Source: Anaerolineales bacterium (GTDB lineage: Bacteria; Chloroflexota; Anaerolineae; Anaerolineales; UBA11579). From it: a stretch of 64,000 nucleotides of DNA. The stretch lies in contig JANWHN010000076.1 of the NCBI GenBank assembly GCA_025450445.1, positions 2,859-66,858 on the forward strand, given 5' to 3'. The notes under the pieces were generated by a model. The model saw only the letters and a program-made list of their open reading frames with translations, had not been told where the DNA came from and did not search any database. Position 1 is the stretch's first letter. Every line of letters starts with the position of its first letter. Both the position numbers and the translations under genes were made by a program. Below are positions 9,776-17,450 of the stretch, piece after piece.

Positions 9776-10837
9776 ATGTCGATGTTAGCCCCCATTACAT
9801 ATATTCAACCGCACGCCACCATTCGCCGGCCGCGCAGGCTTTCAGTGGAGGGCGAGGTGCTGGTGAGCGAAGGAGACCAAGTCCATTCCGGCGACGTGAT
9901 CGCCCGCGCCAACTTAGCGGCCGAGCATATGATGCTGGACGCAACGCGGGCGCTGGGGTTGAACCCCGAACGAGCCAGCAAAATGATCCAGCGCAACGTT
10001 GGCGAAAAAGTGGATGCTGGCGCCATTATCGCTGGCCGGCGCGGAGTAGGCGCACGCCAATTGCGCTCTCCGGCAAAAGGAACGATCGCGGCGATCAGCG
10101 AAGGACAGATATTGCTGCAAGTGAGCGATGAGCGAGCTGAACTGCACGCCCGCGTCCCCGGCGAAGTGATCGACGTTGAGGCCGGTCGCGGTGTTGTCAT
10201 CGAATGCGTGTGCGCCTGGGTGCAGGGAGTGTGGGGCAACGGACGCGTGGCGGACGGCATCCTGCATTTAGTTGGCAACGGAGCTGAGCAAATCCTGACT
10301 GCGGACCAGATCGACATGAGCCTGCGCGGGGCGATTCTGTTGGCTGGCCATTGCGGCCAACGCCAGGCGCTGGAATTAGCCGCACAAGTTCCTATTCGTG
10401 GATTGATCCTGGGCAGCTTAACCACGCGCTTGCTGCCGATCGCTGAAAAAGTTCCATACCCCATCTTGGTGATGGAAGGTTTTGGAACCGGGCCAATGAA
10501 TGCGGACGCGTTTACGTTGTTCAGCGACCATAAACAAGCGCAAACTACACTGAATGCCCAGCGAACCGACCCGATCTCTGGCGAAAGACCAGAAGTGATC
10601 ATTCCGCTGAAGGATGCCGGAAGGCCACCACAGCCGATCGAGCTGCAAACTTTTCGAGTGGGGCAAAACGTGAGACTGCTAAACGGCGAGTACAAAGGCG
10701 AGTTGGGTGAGATCGTAAGCCTGCTGCCGGCTTCGACGTTGTATGCCAGCGGCTTGCGTGCGCCTGGAGCCGAGGTAGAGCTCGCTTCCGGGCAAGCAAC
10801 GACCATTCCGCTAGCGAACCTAGAGCTTCTAGGGTAA
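9776..10837 (+). CDS. hypothetical protein with barrel-sandwich-hybrid-like repeats and a C-terminal KOW-like motif
   Basis: ATG 9776 (MSMLAPITY). GDQVHSGDVIA and GEKVDAGAIIA resemble lipoyl/HlyD-type hybrid barrels. The C-terminal FRVGQNVRLLNGEYKGELGEIVSL fits the KOW pattern. Confidence 0.5.
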   Translation: MSMLAPITYIQPHATIRRPRRLSVEGEVLVSEGDQVHSGDVIARANLAAEHMMLDATRALGLNPERASKMIQRNVGEKVDAGAIIAGRRGVGARQLRSPAKGTIAAISEGQILLQVSDERAELHARVPGEVIDVEAGRGVVIECVCAWVQGVWGNGRVADGILHLVGNGAEQILTADQIDMSLRGAILLAGHCGQRQALELAAQVPIRGLILGSLTTRLLPIAEKVPYPILVMEGFGTGPMNADAFTLFSDHKQAQTTLNAQRTDPISGERPEVIIPLKDAGRPPQPIELQTFRVGQNVRLLNGEYKGELGEIVSLLPASTLYASGLRAPGAEVELASGQATTIPLANLELLG

Positions 10838-10861
10838 AAATAGCTTCCACTTAAGGAACTG

Positions 10862-11473
10862 ATGCTCGAAGACAGCGAACTCGATTTTCCAGAAGAATCA
10901 CCTCCACCCGAACCCAAACGGGCAGGCAACCGCGGTTTTTTGGTTGCTGCCGGTACGTTGGGGGCGATCATGCTGTTGGCCATGGTGGGCATCGCCTACT
11001 ATGCGCTGGTCATTCTGCCTGAGCAGCAAGCGGCGGAGCCGCCGCCACTTTCGGCGGCAGAGATGACGGGCACCGCAGTTGCATTGGCTTTGCAAGCGAC
11101 CAATACGTCTACGAACACAATCACGAGCACCAGCACTAATACGACCACAAATACGCCAACCGCGACGCGAACATCCACATCCACATTGACCCCAATCACC
11201 CCACTCTTCACGGAAACATTTACGGCGAGCCCAAACGGCGCAACCCAAACAGTGAACGCACTGTTGACCCAAGCCGCAGTTGCACAAACGCAAGCGGCCG
11301 GAACCGGCGCAGCGAGTGCGACCCAGGGTACGCCGGGAACTCCAACGTCCACGCCGAGCGCGCTGCCGGATAGCGGTTTTGCGGACAATATCGGCGCGCC
11401 GGGATTGTTGGCCGCGGCGGCGGCGCTGTTACTGATCATTTTCATCGCCCGCCGCTTACGCGCAAACACATAA
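10862..11473 (+). CDS. Thr/Ser-rich surface protein with N-terminal TM/signal anchor and C-terminal LPDSG-type sorting signal
   Basis: N-terminal GFLVAAGTLGAIMLLAMVGIAYYALVIL. Low-complexity stretch TNTSTNTITSTSTNTTTNTPTATRTSTST. The C-terminus ALPDSG-FADNIGAPGLLAAAAALLLIIFIA-RRLRANT is motif + hydrophobic helix + basic tail. Confidence 0.65.
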   Translation: MLEDSELDFPEESPPPEPKRAGNRGFLVAAGTLGAIMLLAMVGIAYYALVILPEQQAAEPPPLSAAEMTGTAVALALQATNTSTNTITSTSTNTTTNTPTATRTSTSTLTPITPLFTETFTASPNGATQTVNALLTQAAVAQTQAAGTGAASATQGTPGTPTSTPSALPDSGFADNIGAPGLLAAAAALLLIIFIARRLRANT

Positions 11474-11496
11474 CGATCCGCCTTCTAGAAATCACA

Positions 11497-11521
11497 AGGC
11501 GCCTTCGGGCGTCTTTTGTTT
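11497..11521 (+). terminator. rho-independent terminator of the nine-gene operon
   Basis: AGGCGCC-TTCG-GGCGTCT hairpin (one G-U pair, UUCG loop) followed by TTTTGTTT, 24 nt after the stop codon. Confidence 0.6.
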
Positions 11522-11601
11522 CCCCGCTGATTGCCCCAATTACTACACGGAATCAGATTTTTAGGGATGAAATGGCGTAGATGTCAAGGAGCTGGACAGA
11601 A

Positions 11602-11627
11602 AGGGACAGGTTTGTAAACCTGTCCCT
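11602..11627 (-). terminator. hairpin downstream of coaBC (candidate terminator)
   Basis: agggacaggttt/aaacctgtccct palindrome immediately after the coaBC stop (11632). The trailing T-tract on the minus strand is weak (TTCTGTCC). Confidence 0.4.
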
Positions 11628-11631
11628 ACAA

Positions 11632-12831
11632 TCAGCGCAATAATTTAACTACGCGTTCCAACACAATTCGGGCGACATCTTCTTTGCTCATTAGCGCCAG
11701 CTCTTCTTTGCTGCCTGATCTGTCGATCAGGGTGACGCGGTTTGTATCGACCTCAAAGCCGGCGTCAACGGCGCGGATGTCGTTGGCAACGATCAGGTCG
11801 AGGTTCTTGGATTCCAGTTTATGAGCAGCATTCTTTAGCAAATCGTCGCTTTCGGCGGCGAAGCCAACAATCACTTTGGGGCGAGATGCGTTGGTAACCG
11901 CCTGCAGAATATCGGGATTGGTTTCCAGTTCAAGATCGGGGACTCCGCCGGCGCGTTTGATCTTTTTCTGGCTGGAGTTGGTGACGCGGAAATCGGCCAC
12001 GGCGGCGGCCATCAAGAGCGCGTCTGCGCCTTTGGTGGCTTGCAATGTGGCGTCCAGCATCTCCTCAGCGCTAGTAATTGCAACTAAGTTGACGCCGAAT
12101 GGTGCGGTGAGTGCGGTCGGGGCCGAGACCAGGGTGACACCTGCGCCAAGGTCGATAGCGGCTTGAGCCAGGGCGTAGCCCTGCTTGCCGGAGGAACGGT
12201 TGGCGATCACGCGGACCGGATCGATGGCTTCTTGCGTGCCCCCAGCGGTGACGACGACCTTGCGGCCAGCCAATGGTCCTTTGGCGCCTAGTAGGCAGCG
12301 AATGTGACCGACTAGTTCGCTTGGCTCGGTCATACGGCCCTGGCCGCTGAGTCCGGACGCCAGGTGGCCGCTGACGGGGCCAACGATGTGAGCGCCGCGT
12401 TCGGTGAGGCTGCGCAGGTTTTGCTGGGTGGCAGGATGGTCGTACATGCCACCATCCATAGCTGGCGCGAGCAGAAGAGGAACGGTGCCAGCCAGGGCAG
12501 CGAGGGTGATCAGATTATCGGCCTGACCGTTGGCGAGTTTGGCGAGCGTATTGGCGGTGACGGGAGCGATGACGATGAGATCGGCGTCTTTGCTGAGGCC
12601 AACGTGGAGGACATGGCCCTCGGGTCCCCATAAGTCTTGATCGGTGTAAGCGCGTCGGCCAGTTACGGATTGGAACGTAAGCGGAGCGACGAATTTGGTG
12701 GCCGCGTCACTGAGGACGACATCAACCTTGATGCCAAGTTGGGTGAGCTTGGAGGCGAGATCGACTGCTTTGTAGCAGGCGATCGAGCCGGTGACGCCGA
12801 GAAGGACGCGTTTGGACTCGAAGGGATTCAT
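11632..12831 (-). CDS. coaBC: bifunctional phosphopantothenoylcysteine decarboxylase / phosphopantothenate-cysteine ligase
   Basis: 399 aa. N-terminal flavoprotein motif LLGVTGSIACYKAVDLASKL. The CoaB half has VVVTAGGTQEAIDPVRVIANRSSGKQG. Confidence 0.95.
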   Translation of the reverse strand: MNPFESKRVLLGVTGSIACYKAVDLASKLTQLGIKVDVVLSDAATKFVAPLTFQSVTGRRAYTDQDLWGPEGHVLHVGLSKDADLIVIAPVTANTLAKLANGQADNLITLAALAGTVPLLLAPAMDGGMYDHPATQQNLRSLTERGAHIVGPVSGHLASGLSGQGRMTEPSELVGHIRCLLGAKGPLAGRKVVVTAGGTQEAIDPVRVIANRSSGKQGYALAQAAIDLGAGVTLVSAPTALTAPFGVNLVAITSAEEMLDATLQATKGADALLMAAAVADFRVTNSSQKKIKRAGGVPDLELETNPDILQAVTNASRPKVIVGFAAESDDLLKNAAHKLESKNLDLIVANDIRAVDAGFEVDTNRVTLIDRSGSKEELALMSKEDVARIVLERVVKLLR

Positions 12832-13700
12832 GGTTTCACCGCCACAAATTCGGCGAGGGCAGAGGCGAAGCGCGCTGGAGCGCCAGGATTGAAGCCAAGG
12901 AAGAGATGGGGCTCAATAAGCTCGAGTTCCATCAAGAGGAGCTGACCATCGCGATCGATGCCATCTACACGCTCATACAAAATCCGATCTTCGACCGTAT
13001 CGACGACTTTTTGCGCTTGAGCGATCAGGTAATCCGGCGCCTCGGCGACCAGTTCGGCTCCGCCCCACTCGGATTGGACGCGAAAATCGCCGCGCTTGGG
13101 CTGCTTAAGCATCGAATGACTGTATTGCTTGTTGAAGAAAACCAGCGACCATTCGCCGGTTTGCTGGATCTCGGGCGCGAACTCCTGCACGATGGTGCCG
13201 GTGCGAGAAAGCAAGTCGGAAAAATTAGATTGGTGCGCGGCGGCTTCGGCTACGGAAACTAGCGAAGTTTCGTGAGCCGTGGCTGAGACTATCGGTTTAA
13301 CGACGGCGTGCTGCCAGCCTTGCCGCGAAACAATTTCTGAAAGGTTAGCCTCCGCGCGCTGTGGCAGCCAGACAGATGGGATGACGCTGATTCCGTTTTG
13401 CTGAAGTTCATGTAAATAATTCTTGTCAACATTCCAACGCACAGTTTTCGTCGAGTTCCAAACAGTCGCGCCGGCTTGGTCGAGTTTATCGAGCCATGAA
13501 ATGAACTCTCGTGGCTGGAGGTGATAATCCCACATCGAGCGCAGAATCACTGCATCGTAAGCGCCCCACTCAACGGTCGGGTCATTCCAAAAGGCCGGCG
13601 CCACTGTGATGCCGCGCGATTCGAGTTCGGGAATCGCAAGGCGATCGTCGTCGGTGAGACTTGGGATCTCGTAGCAGGTAACGAATGCGATCCTGGTCAT
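12828..13700 (-). CDS. ATP-grasp-family ligase-like protein of unknown substrate
   Basis: 290 aa. The N-terminal pattern RIAFVTC...DDDRL...WNDPTVEWGAYDAVILRSMWDYH...WNVDKNYL matches a family usually annotated as ATP-grasp/glutathione-synthetase-like. ATGA overlap with coaBC, and a 3-nt gap to coaX. Confidence 0.6.
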   Translation of the reverse strand: MTRIAFVTCYEIPSLTDDDRLAIPELESRGITVAPAFWNDPTVEWGAYDAVILRSMWDYHLQPREFISWLDKLDQAGATVWNSTKTVRWNVDKNYLHELQQNGISVIPSVWLPQRAEANLSEIVSRQGWQHAVVKPIVSATAHETSLVSVAEAAAHQSNFSDLLSRTGTIVQEFAPEIQQTGEWSLVFFNKQYSHSMLKQPKRGDFRVQSEWGGAELVAEAPDYLIAQAQKVVDTVEDRILYERVDGIDRDGQLLLMELELIEPHLFLGFNPGAPARFASALAEFVAVKP

Positions 13701-13703
13701 AAG

Positions 13704-14468
13704 CTACTTGTTTAAGCCCCAGATAATACGCAAACCATCGAGAGTGAGCCAGGGCGCGAGGATCTTAATCACGTCGGTCTCACGTGAAACAATTTCGGCG
13801 AGACCGCCGGTCCCGATGACCTTCATCTCCGGGCCGAGCTCGGCGCGGAAGCGGGCGACGAGACCTTCAACCAATCCGACATAGCCGAAGAGCAGTCCAG
13901 ATTGCAAAGCGTGGGTGGTGTTGCGGCCGATCACGCTGGGCGGGCGAGCGATATCGACCCGCATCAGCTTGGCGCCGGCGGAGAACAGAGCTTCGGCGGC
14001 AACGCCGATGCCGGGAGCGATGGCGCCGCCGAGGTATTCGCCGTTGGCGGTGATGGCATCAAAGGTGGTGCCAGTGCCGAAGTCGACCACGCAAGCTGGG
14101 CCGCCGTAGAGATGCTGGACGGCGGCGGCGTCGACGATGCGATCGGCGCCGACCGCTTTGGGATCTTCGTAGAGGACGCGCACGCCGGTCTTGACGCCAG
14201 CGTCGACGATGAGCGGGTCCCTTTGCAAATAATTGCGGCAGGCTTCGACGACCTTGTTGGTCAGCGGTGGGACGACGGAAGCCAGGCAGATTCCAGTCAG
14301 CTTATCGACGGCGATGCCGGCATTGGCGAACATGCCGACGAACTGCAAACCATATTCATCGGGCATGCTGGCGTGATCGGTGGCGATGCGCCAGCGCGGG
14401 CCGAGCGTCTCGCCGTCGTAGAGGCCGAGGGTGATGTTCGTGTTACCAACGTCAACTGCGAGCAACAT
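13704..14468 (-). CDS. coaX: type III pantothenate kinase
   Basis: 254 aa with LLAVDVGNTNITLGLY and VVDFGTGTTFDA (ASKHA phosphate motifs of CoaX). Confidence 0.95.
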   Translation of the reverse strand: MLLAVDVGNTNITLGLYDGETLGPRWRIATDHASMPDEYGLQFVGMFANAGIAVDKLTGICLASVVPPLTNKVVEACRNYLQRDPLIVDAGVKTGVRVLYEDPKAVGADRIVDAAAVQHLYGGPACVVDFGTGTTFDAITANGEYLGGAIAPGIGVAAEALFSAGAKLMRVDIARPPSVIGRNTTHALQSGLLFGYVGLVEGLVARFRAELGPEMKVIGTGGLAEIVSRETDVIKILAPWLTLDGLRIIWGLNK

Positions 14469-14477
14469 AGCGACTCC

Positions 14478-15311
14478 TTAGGACAAGAGAACGTTATCGA
14501 TGAGGCGGGTTTTGCCAATGAAAACGGCCAGCGAGAGCAAGGCATCGTTTTCGATCTGATTGAGTTCTTGGAGAGTGAGTGAATCTGCGCATGAAACGTA
14601 TTGCAGGCGGGCTAGAGGTTCTTGTTTGAGCACGTCGTGCATCGCGGCGCGGAGGGCGTCGCCGCTGTGCTCGCCGGCTTCGTAGGAGGTCTTGGCAGCG
14701 GAGAGAGCGCGGTGCAGCACAGGGGCGGCTTGACGCTCCTCGGCAGAGAGGTAGCTGTTGCGGCTGGACATGGCCAAGCCGTCCGGCTCACGCAGGGTCG
14801 GGCCGACGACGATCTCGAGCGGGAAGTTGAGGTCGCGGGTCATCTGTTTGATGACAGCGACTTGCTGGGCATCCTTTTGGCCGAAGTAGGCTGACTGCGG
14901 CTGGACGGCATTGAACAGCTTGGCGACCACGGTGGCGACGCCGCGGAAATGTCCGGGCCGTGAAGCGCCTTCAAGCGGCTCAGTGACGCCCTCGACCGAG
15001 ACCCAGGTGGCGAAACCGGGCGGATAGACGTCATCCGGGGTGGGCAACCAGACGAGATCGACGCCGGCGTCAGCGAGCATCTTCAGATCTTTCGGAATAT
15101 CGCGCGGGTAAGCGGAGAGATCTTCGTTGGGACCGAACTGAGCCGGGTTGACGAAAATGCTAACGACGACTGAGGCGTTTGCTTTCTTGGCCAACTCGAC
15201 CAGCGAGATGTGACCAGCGTGCAAGAAGCCCATAGTGGGAACAAACCCGATCGGCTCGGCCAGCGATTTGCGGGCGGCGCGCAATTCTTCCAGGCTTACG
15301 ACTTGCTTCAC
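14478..15311 (-). CDS. panC: pantoate--beta-alanine ligase
   Basis: Contains VPTMGFLHAGHISLV (HxGH). The ORF extends to ATG 15341. GTG 15311 forms a GTGA overlap with the panE stop and gives the usual ~23-aa distance to the VPTMG motif. Confidence 0.9.
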   Translation of the reverse strand: MKQVVSLEELRAARKSLAEPIGFVPTMGFLHAGHISLVELAKKANASVVVSIFVNPAQFGPNEDLSAYPRDIPKDLKMLADAGVDLVWLPTPDDVYPPGFATWVSVEGVTEPLEGASRPGHFRGVATVVAKLFNAVQPQSAYFGQKDAQQVAVIKQMTRDLNFPLEIVVGPTLREPDGLAMSSRNSYLSAEERQAAPVLHRALSAAKTSYEAGEHSGDALRAAMHDVLKQEPLARLQYVSCADSLTLQELNQIENDALLSLAVFIGKTRLIDNVLLS

Positions 15312-16219
15312 GCGGGCCTCAATGCGCTGACGAGCTTCCACATCATCTCGTTGGCAGGAGTTGGCACGCCCAAGGCTTTGCCGGCTTCGACAACCGCGCC
15401 GCAGATGGCGTCGATCTCGGTTTGGGCTTCGCGGCGCACATCTTGCAGCATCGAAGAGATGTTGGCGGCGGTGCGCTGGGCAACGTCTTCGGCGGCGGCA
15501 ACCGGGTCAGCGAAGTTGAGGATGACGCCCTTCTTGTGGGCAACATCGGCGACTTCGCGGGCGAGAGCGGCGCTGATCTCGCGGGCGGTGGAGCGAGTCA
15601 GTAATTCGCCGTTGGGAATATCGAGCAACGCGGTGAGCGGATTGATGGCTGCGTTGACGACGAGCTTGCTCCATGCGAGGGCATCAACATCTTCGACCAC
15701 TTCGGTGGCGAAGTTTGCCGCTGTAAGCAAATCTACAAGAGCAGAAATGCGGGCGTGATTGCCGAACGTGATCGTGCCATCACCGCCGGCACGGACTTCG
15801 CCGGGGCCAAGGAGTGTGGCGCCGTTGGTGCTGATGCCGAAGGCGACGCGCTCGGCGCCAAGGGCGGCAACCAGCTTCTCGCGATTACCGAGCCCGTTCT
15901 GCAATGTGAGGGCGATGCCATCGACGGCCAGGCTCTCGAATAATTGATGAGCGGCATGTTCGGTCTGCCAGGCCTTGACCAAAACGAGCGCAACTTTTGC
16001 GCCGGCAAATTCTTTGGGATCGCTGCCGGCGCGAACGACATAGTTGCGCTTCTTGCCATCCGGCAAGACCAACGTGACGCCGCGATTGTTGAGCGCAGCC
16101 AAGCCCTCGGCCCAATTGCCTAGGATGCTGACATGCTGACCGGCGGCAGCCAAACGGGCAGCGAACAAGCAACCAAGCGCCCCTGTGCCGACGATGAGGA
16201 CTGAGTCGTTAGGACTCAC
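15308..16219 (-). CDS. panE: 2-dehydropantoate 2-reductase (ketopantoate reductase)
   Basis: 303 aa with an N-terminal Rossmann motif VLIVGTGALGCLFAARLAAAG and ApbA/PanE-like length and context. Confidence 0.85.
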   Translation of the reverse strand: MSPNDSVLIVGTGALGCLFAARLAAAGQHVSILGNWAEGLAALNNRGVTLVLPDGKKRNYVVRAGSDPKEFAGAKVALVLVKAWQTEHAAHQLFESLAVDGIALTLQNGLGNREKLVAALGAERVAFGISTNGATLLGPGEVRAGGDGTITFGNHARISALVDLLTAANFATEVVEDVDALAWSKLVVNAAINPLTALLDIPNGELLTRSTAREISAALAREVADVAHKKGVILNFADPVAAAEDVAQRTAANISSMLQDVRREAQTEIDAICGAVVEAGKALGVPTPANEMMWKLVSALRPA

Positions 16220-17105
16220 CCAATTCCTTGAGCAAGGCTTGCCATTGCTCTTCTTTGATGGTCACGCTGTGTTCGTCAGTTGGGAAGCTGCGGGCCTCGA
16301 CATCATTTTTAAATCCGGTGAAGGCGTCGTTCATCACGCTGTGCATGCTGGCATACTGTTTGACGAACTTGGGCGTGAAGCGATCGAAGAGACCGAGGAG
16401 ATCGTGAGTGACGAGGACCTGACCGTCGCAGCCGATGCCGGCGCCGATGCCGATAGTGGGGATGGATAATTTTTTAGAGACCCATTCAGCGAGACGGGCG
16501 GGAACAGATTCGAGGACGACGCTGAACGCGCCGGCTTCTTCAAGGGAAAAAGCATCGTCGATCAATTTTTTGGCAGCGGAACTGGTGCGGGCTTGCGGGC
16601 GAAACCCGCCAAGAGTGTTGACGCTTTGCGGAGTGAGGCCGAGGTGGCCCATCACCGGGATGCCGGCGGCCACAATCTGGCGCACGGCTTCGGCGCGCTC
16701 GCGGCCGCCTTCGAGCTTGACCGCGTCCATGCCGGCTTCCTGCAAAAAGCGGCCGGCGTTGGCGACGGCTTGTTCAACGGAAACCTGATAGGACATGAAG
16801 GGCATATCGCCGATGAGCAGTGCGTAGTGAGCGCCGCGCGAAACGGCGCGAGAGTGATGAAGCATGTCATCCATGGTGACGGGCAGCGTGTTGGGGTAGC
16901 CGAGCACGACCATGCCGAGAGAATCGCCGACGAGGATGGCGTCAATGCCGGCCCGGTCGACTGCCAGCGCGGTCGGATAATCGTAGGCGGTGAGCATCGT
17001 GATGACCTCACCATCTTTTTTCTTTTGGCGGAATAAACGGGTGGTTACCTTGGCGCGCTCAGTTTCACCGGCCTTGGTTTTGACCTTGGGTGTTTCTGTG
17101 GACAC
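16209..17105 (-). CDS. panB: 3-methyl-2-oxobutanoate hydroxymethyltransferase
   Basis: Contains MLTAYDYPTALAVDRAGIDAILVGDSLGMVVLG. GTG 17105 is preceded by GAGGAGGG. The track's 338-aa version (start 17225) would run through the leader hairpins. Confidence 0.9.
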   Translation of the reverse strand: MSTETPKVKTKAGETERAKVTTRLFRQKKKDGEVITMLTAYDYPTALAVDRAGIDAILVGDSLGMVVLGYPNTLPVTMDDMLHHSRAVSRGAHYALLIGDMPFMSYQVSVEQAVANAGRFLQEAGMDAVKLEGGRERAEAVRQIVAAGIPVMGHLGLTPQSVNTLGGFRPQARTSSAAKKLIDDAFSLEEAGAFSVVLESVPARLAEWVSKKLSIPTIGIGAGIGCDGQVLVTHDLLGLFDRFTPKFVKQYASMHSVMNDAFTGFKNDVEARSFPTDEHSVTIKEEQWQALLKELGES

Positions 17106-17276
17106 AGTACCCTCCTCGATGGGTAGAGTCTTAGATTTACAACCTGCCTTTTGCAGGCAGTAAATCTTTAAAACAAAAAACCGCCTGCATGAACAAGGCG
17201 GTCGGACGTGACCTATTACGGCCACAGTGAACCTCTAGTTTGTCCGCCGTCTCGGCCCTTACGGGTCCAAGCAGCT
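17106..17276 (-). promoter_or_regulatory. structured 5' leader of the panB operon with intrinsic terminator (candidate riboswitch/attenuator, possibly the pan motif)
   Basis: On the minus strand there are three stem elements: GGACCC-GUAA-GGGCC (17254-17268), CGGAC...GUCCG (17242-17246 / 17203-17207), and the enclosed GUGGCC-GUAAUA-GGUCAC (17208-17225). These are followed by CCGCCU-9 nt-AGGCGG + UUUUUUGUUUU (17172-17201). A further CUGCCU-5 nt-AGGCAG hairpin (17144-17160) precedes the RBS. Confidence 0.4.
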
Positions 17277-17282
17277 AAAAGG

Positions 17283-17311
17283 ATTATTACCTAAGAGGGG
17301 AATTTGGGCAA
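17283..17311 (-). promoter_or_regulatory. candidate promoter of pan/coa operon (TTGCCC-17 nt-AATAAT)
   Basis: Read on the minus strand: TTGCCC (17311-17306), a 17-nt spacer, then AATAAT (17288-17283). Confidence 0.3.
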
Positions 17312-17406
17312 GGGGTCGGGTGTTAGGGTGTTGTTAACAATCTTCTGTCGGCGGGCAGGAAACAGGTAGCGAATTTTTAGGCTAATTCCGAAGACAAAGT
17401 ATGGGT

Positions 17407-17447
17407 GGATGATCCTTCGGCTCGCCGAGCTCGCCTCAGGAAAGCAC
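17407..17447 (-). repeat. short hairpin-type intergenic repeat (copy 1)
   Basis: Minus strand reads gtgctttcCTGAGgcgagctcggcgagccgaAGGATCatcc. It aligns with the copies at 18657, 18708 and 55846. Confidence 0.55.
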
Positions 17448-17450
17448 GCT

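Noticed and set aside
8350-9795. 481-aa minus-strand ORF, the longest alternative reading in the 8-10 kb region
   Set aside because: It is antisense to the ASKHA-like gene. Its composition is dominated by R/Q/H/A/P with no motifs or hydrophobic core, typical of a shadow ORF in GC-rich DNA. The plus-strand frame has coupled starts and stops and recognisable motifs.
9805-10992. 395-aa minus-strand ORF opposite the 9776-10837 gene
   Set aside because: A Ser/Pro/Ala/Arg-rich low-complexity translation that spans a plus-strand gene boundary. There is no RBS or family signal, so it is a shadow ORF.
11090-11200. Apparent nucleotide tandem repetition (ACN/AAT-rich) that might suggest a satellite or CRISPR-like array
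   Set aside because: It is simply the coding sequence of the Thr/Asn/Ser low-complexity segment of the 10862-11473 protein. There are no regular repeat-spacer units.
13902-14582. 226-aa plus-strand ORF rich in D/G/A opposite coaX/panC
   Set aside because: It is antisense to two well-supported genes and crosses their boundary. It is low-complexity, so a shadow ORF.
17240-17275. GNRA-capped hairpin with internal loops resembling SRP RNA domain IV
   Set aside because: The conserved SRP helix-8 loop sequences (AGCA/GGAA-type) are not present. Its position inside the panB leader fits a cis-regulatory role better.
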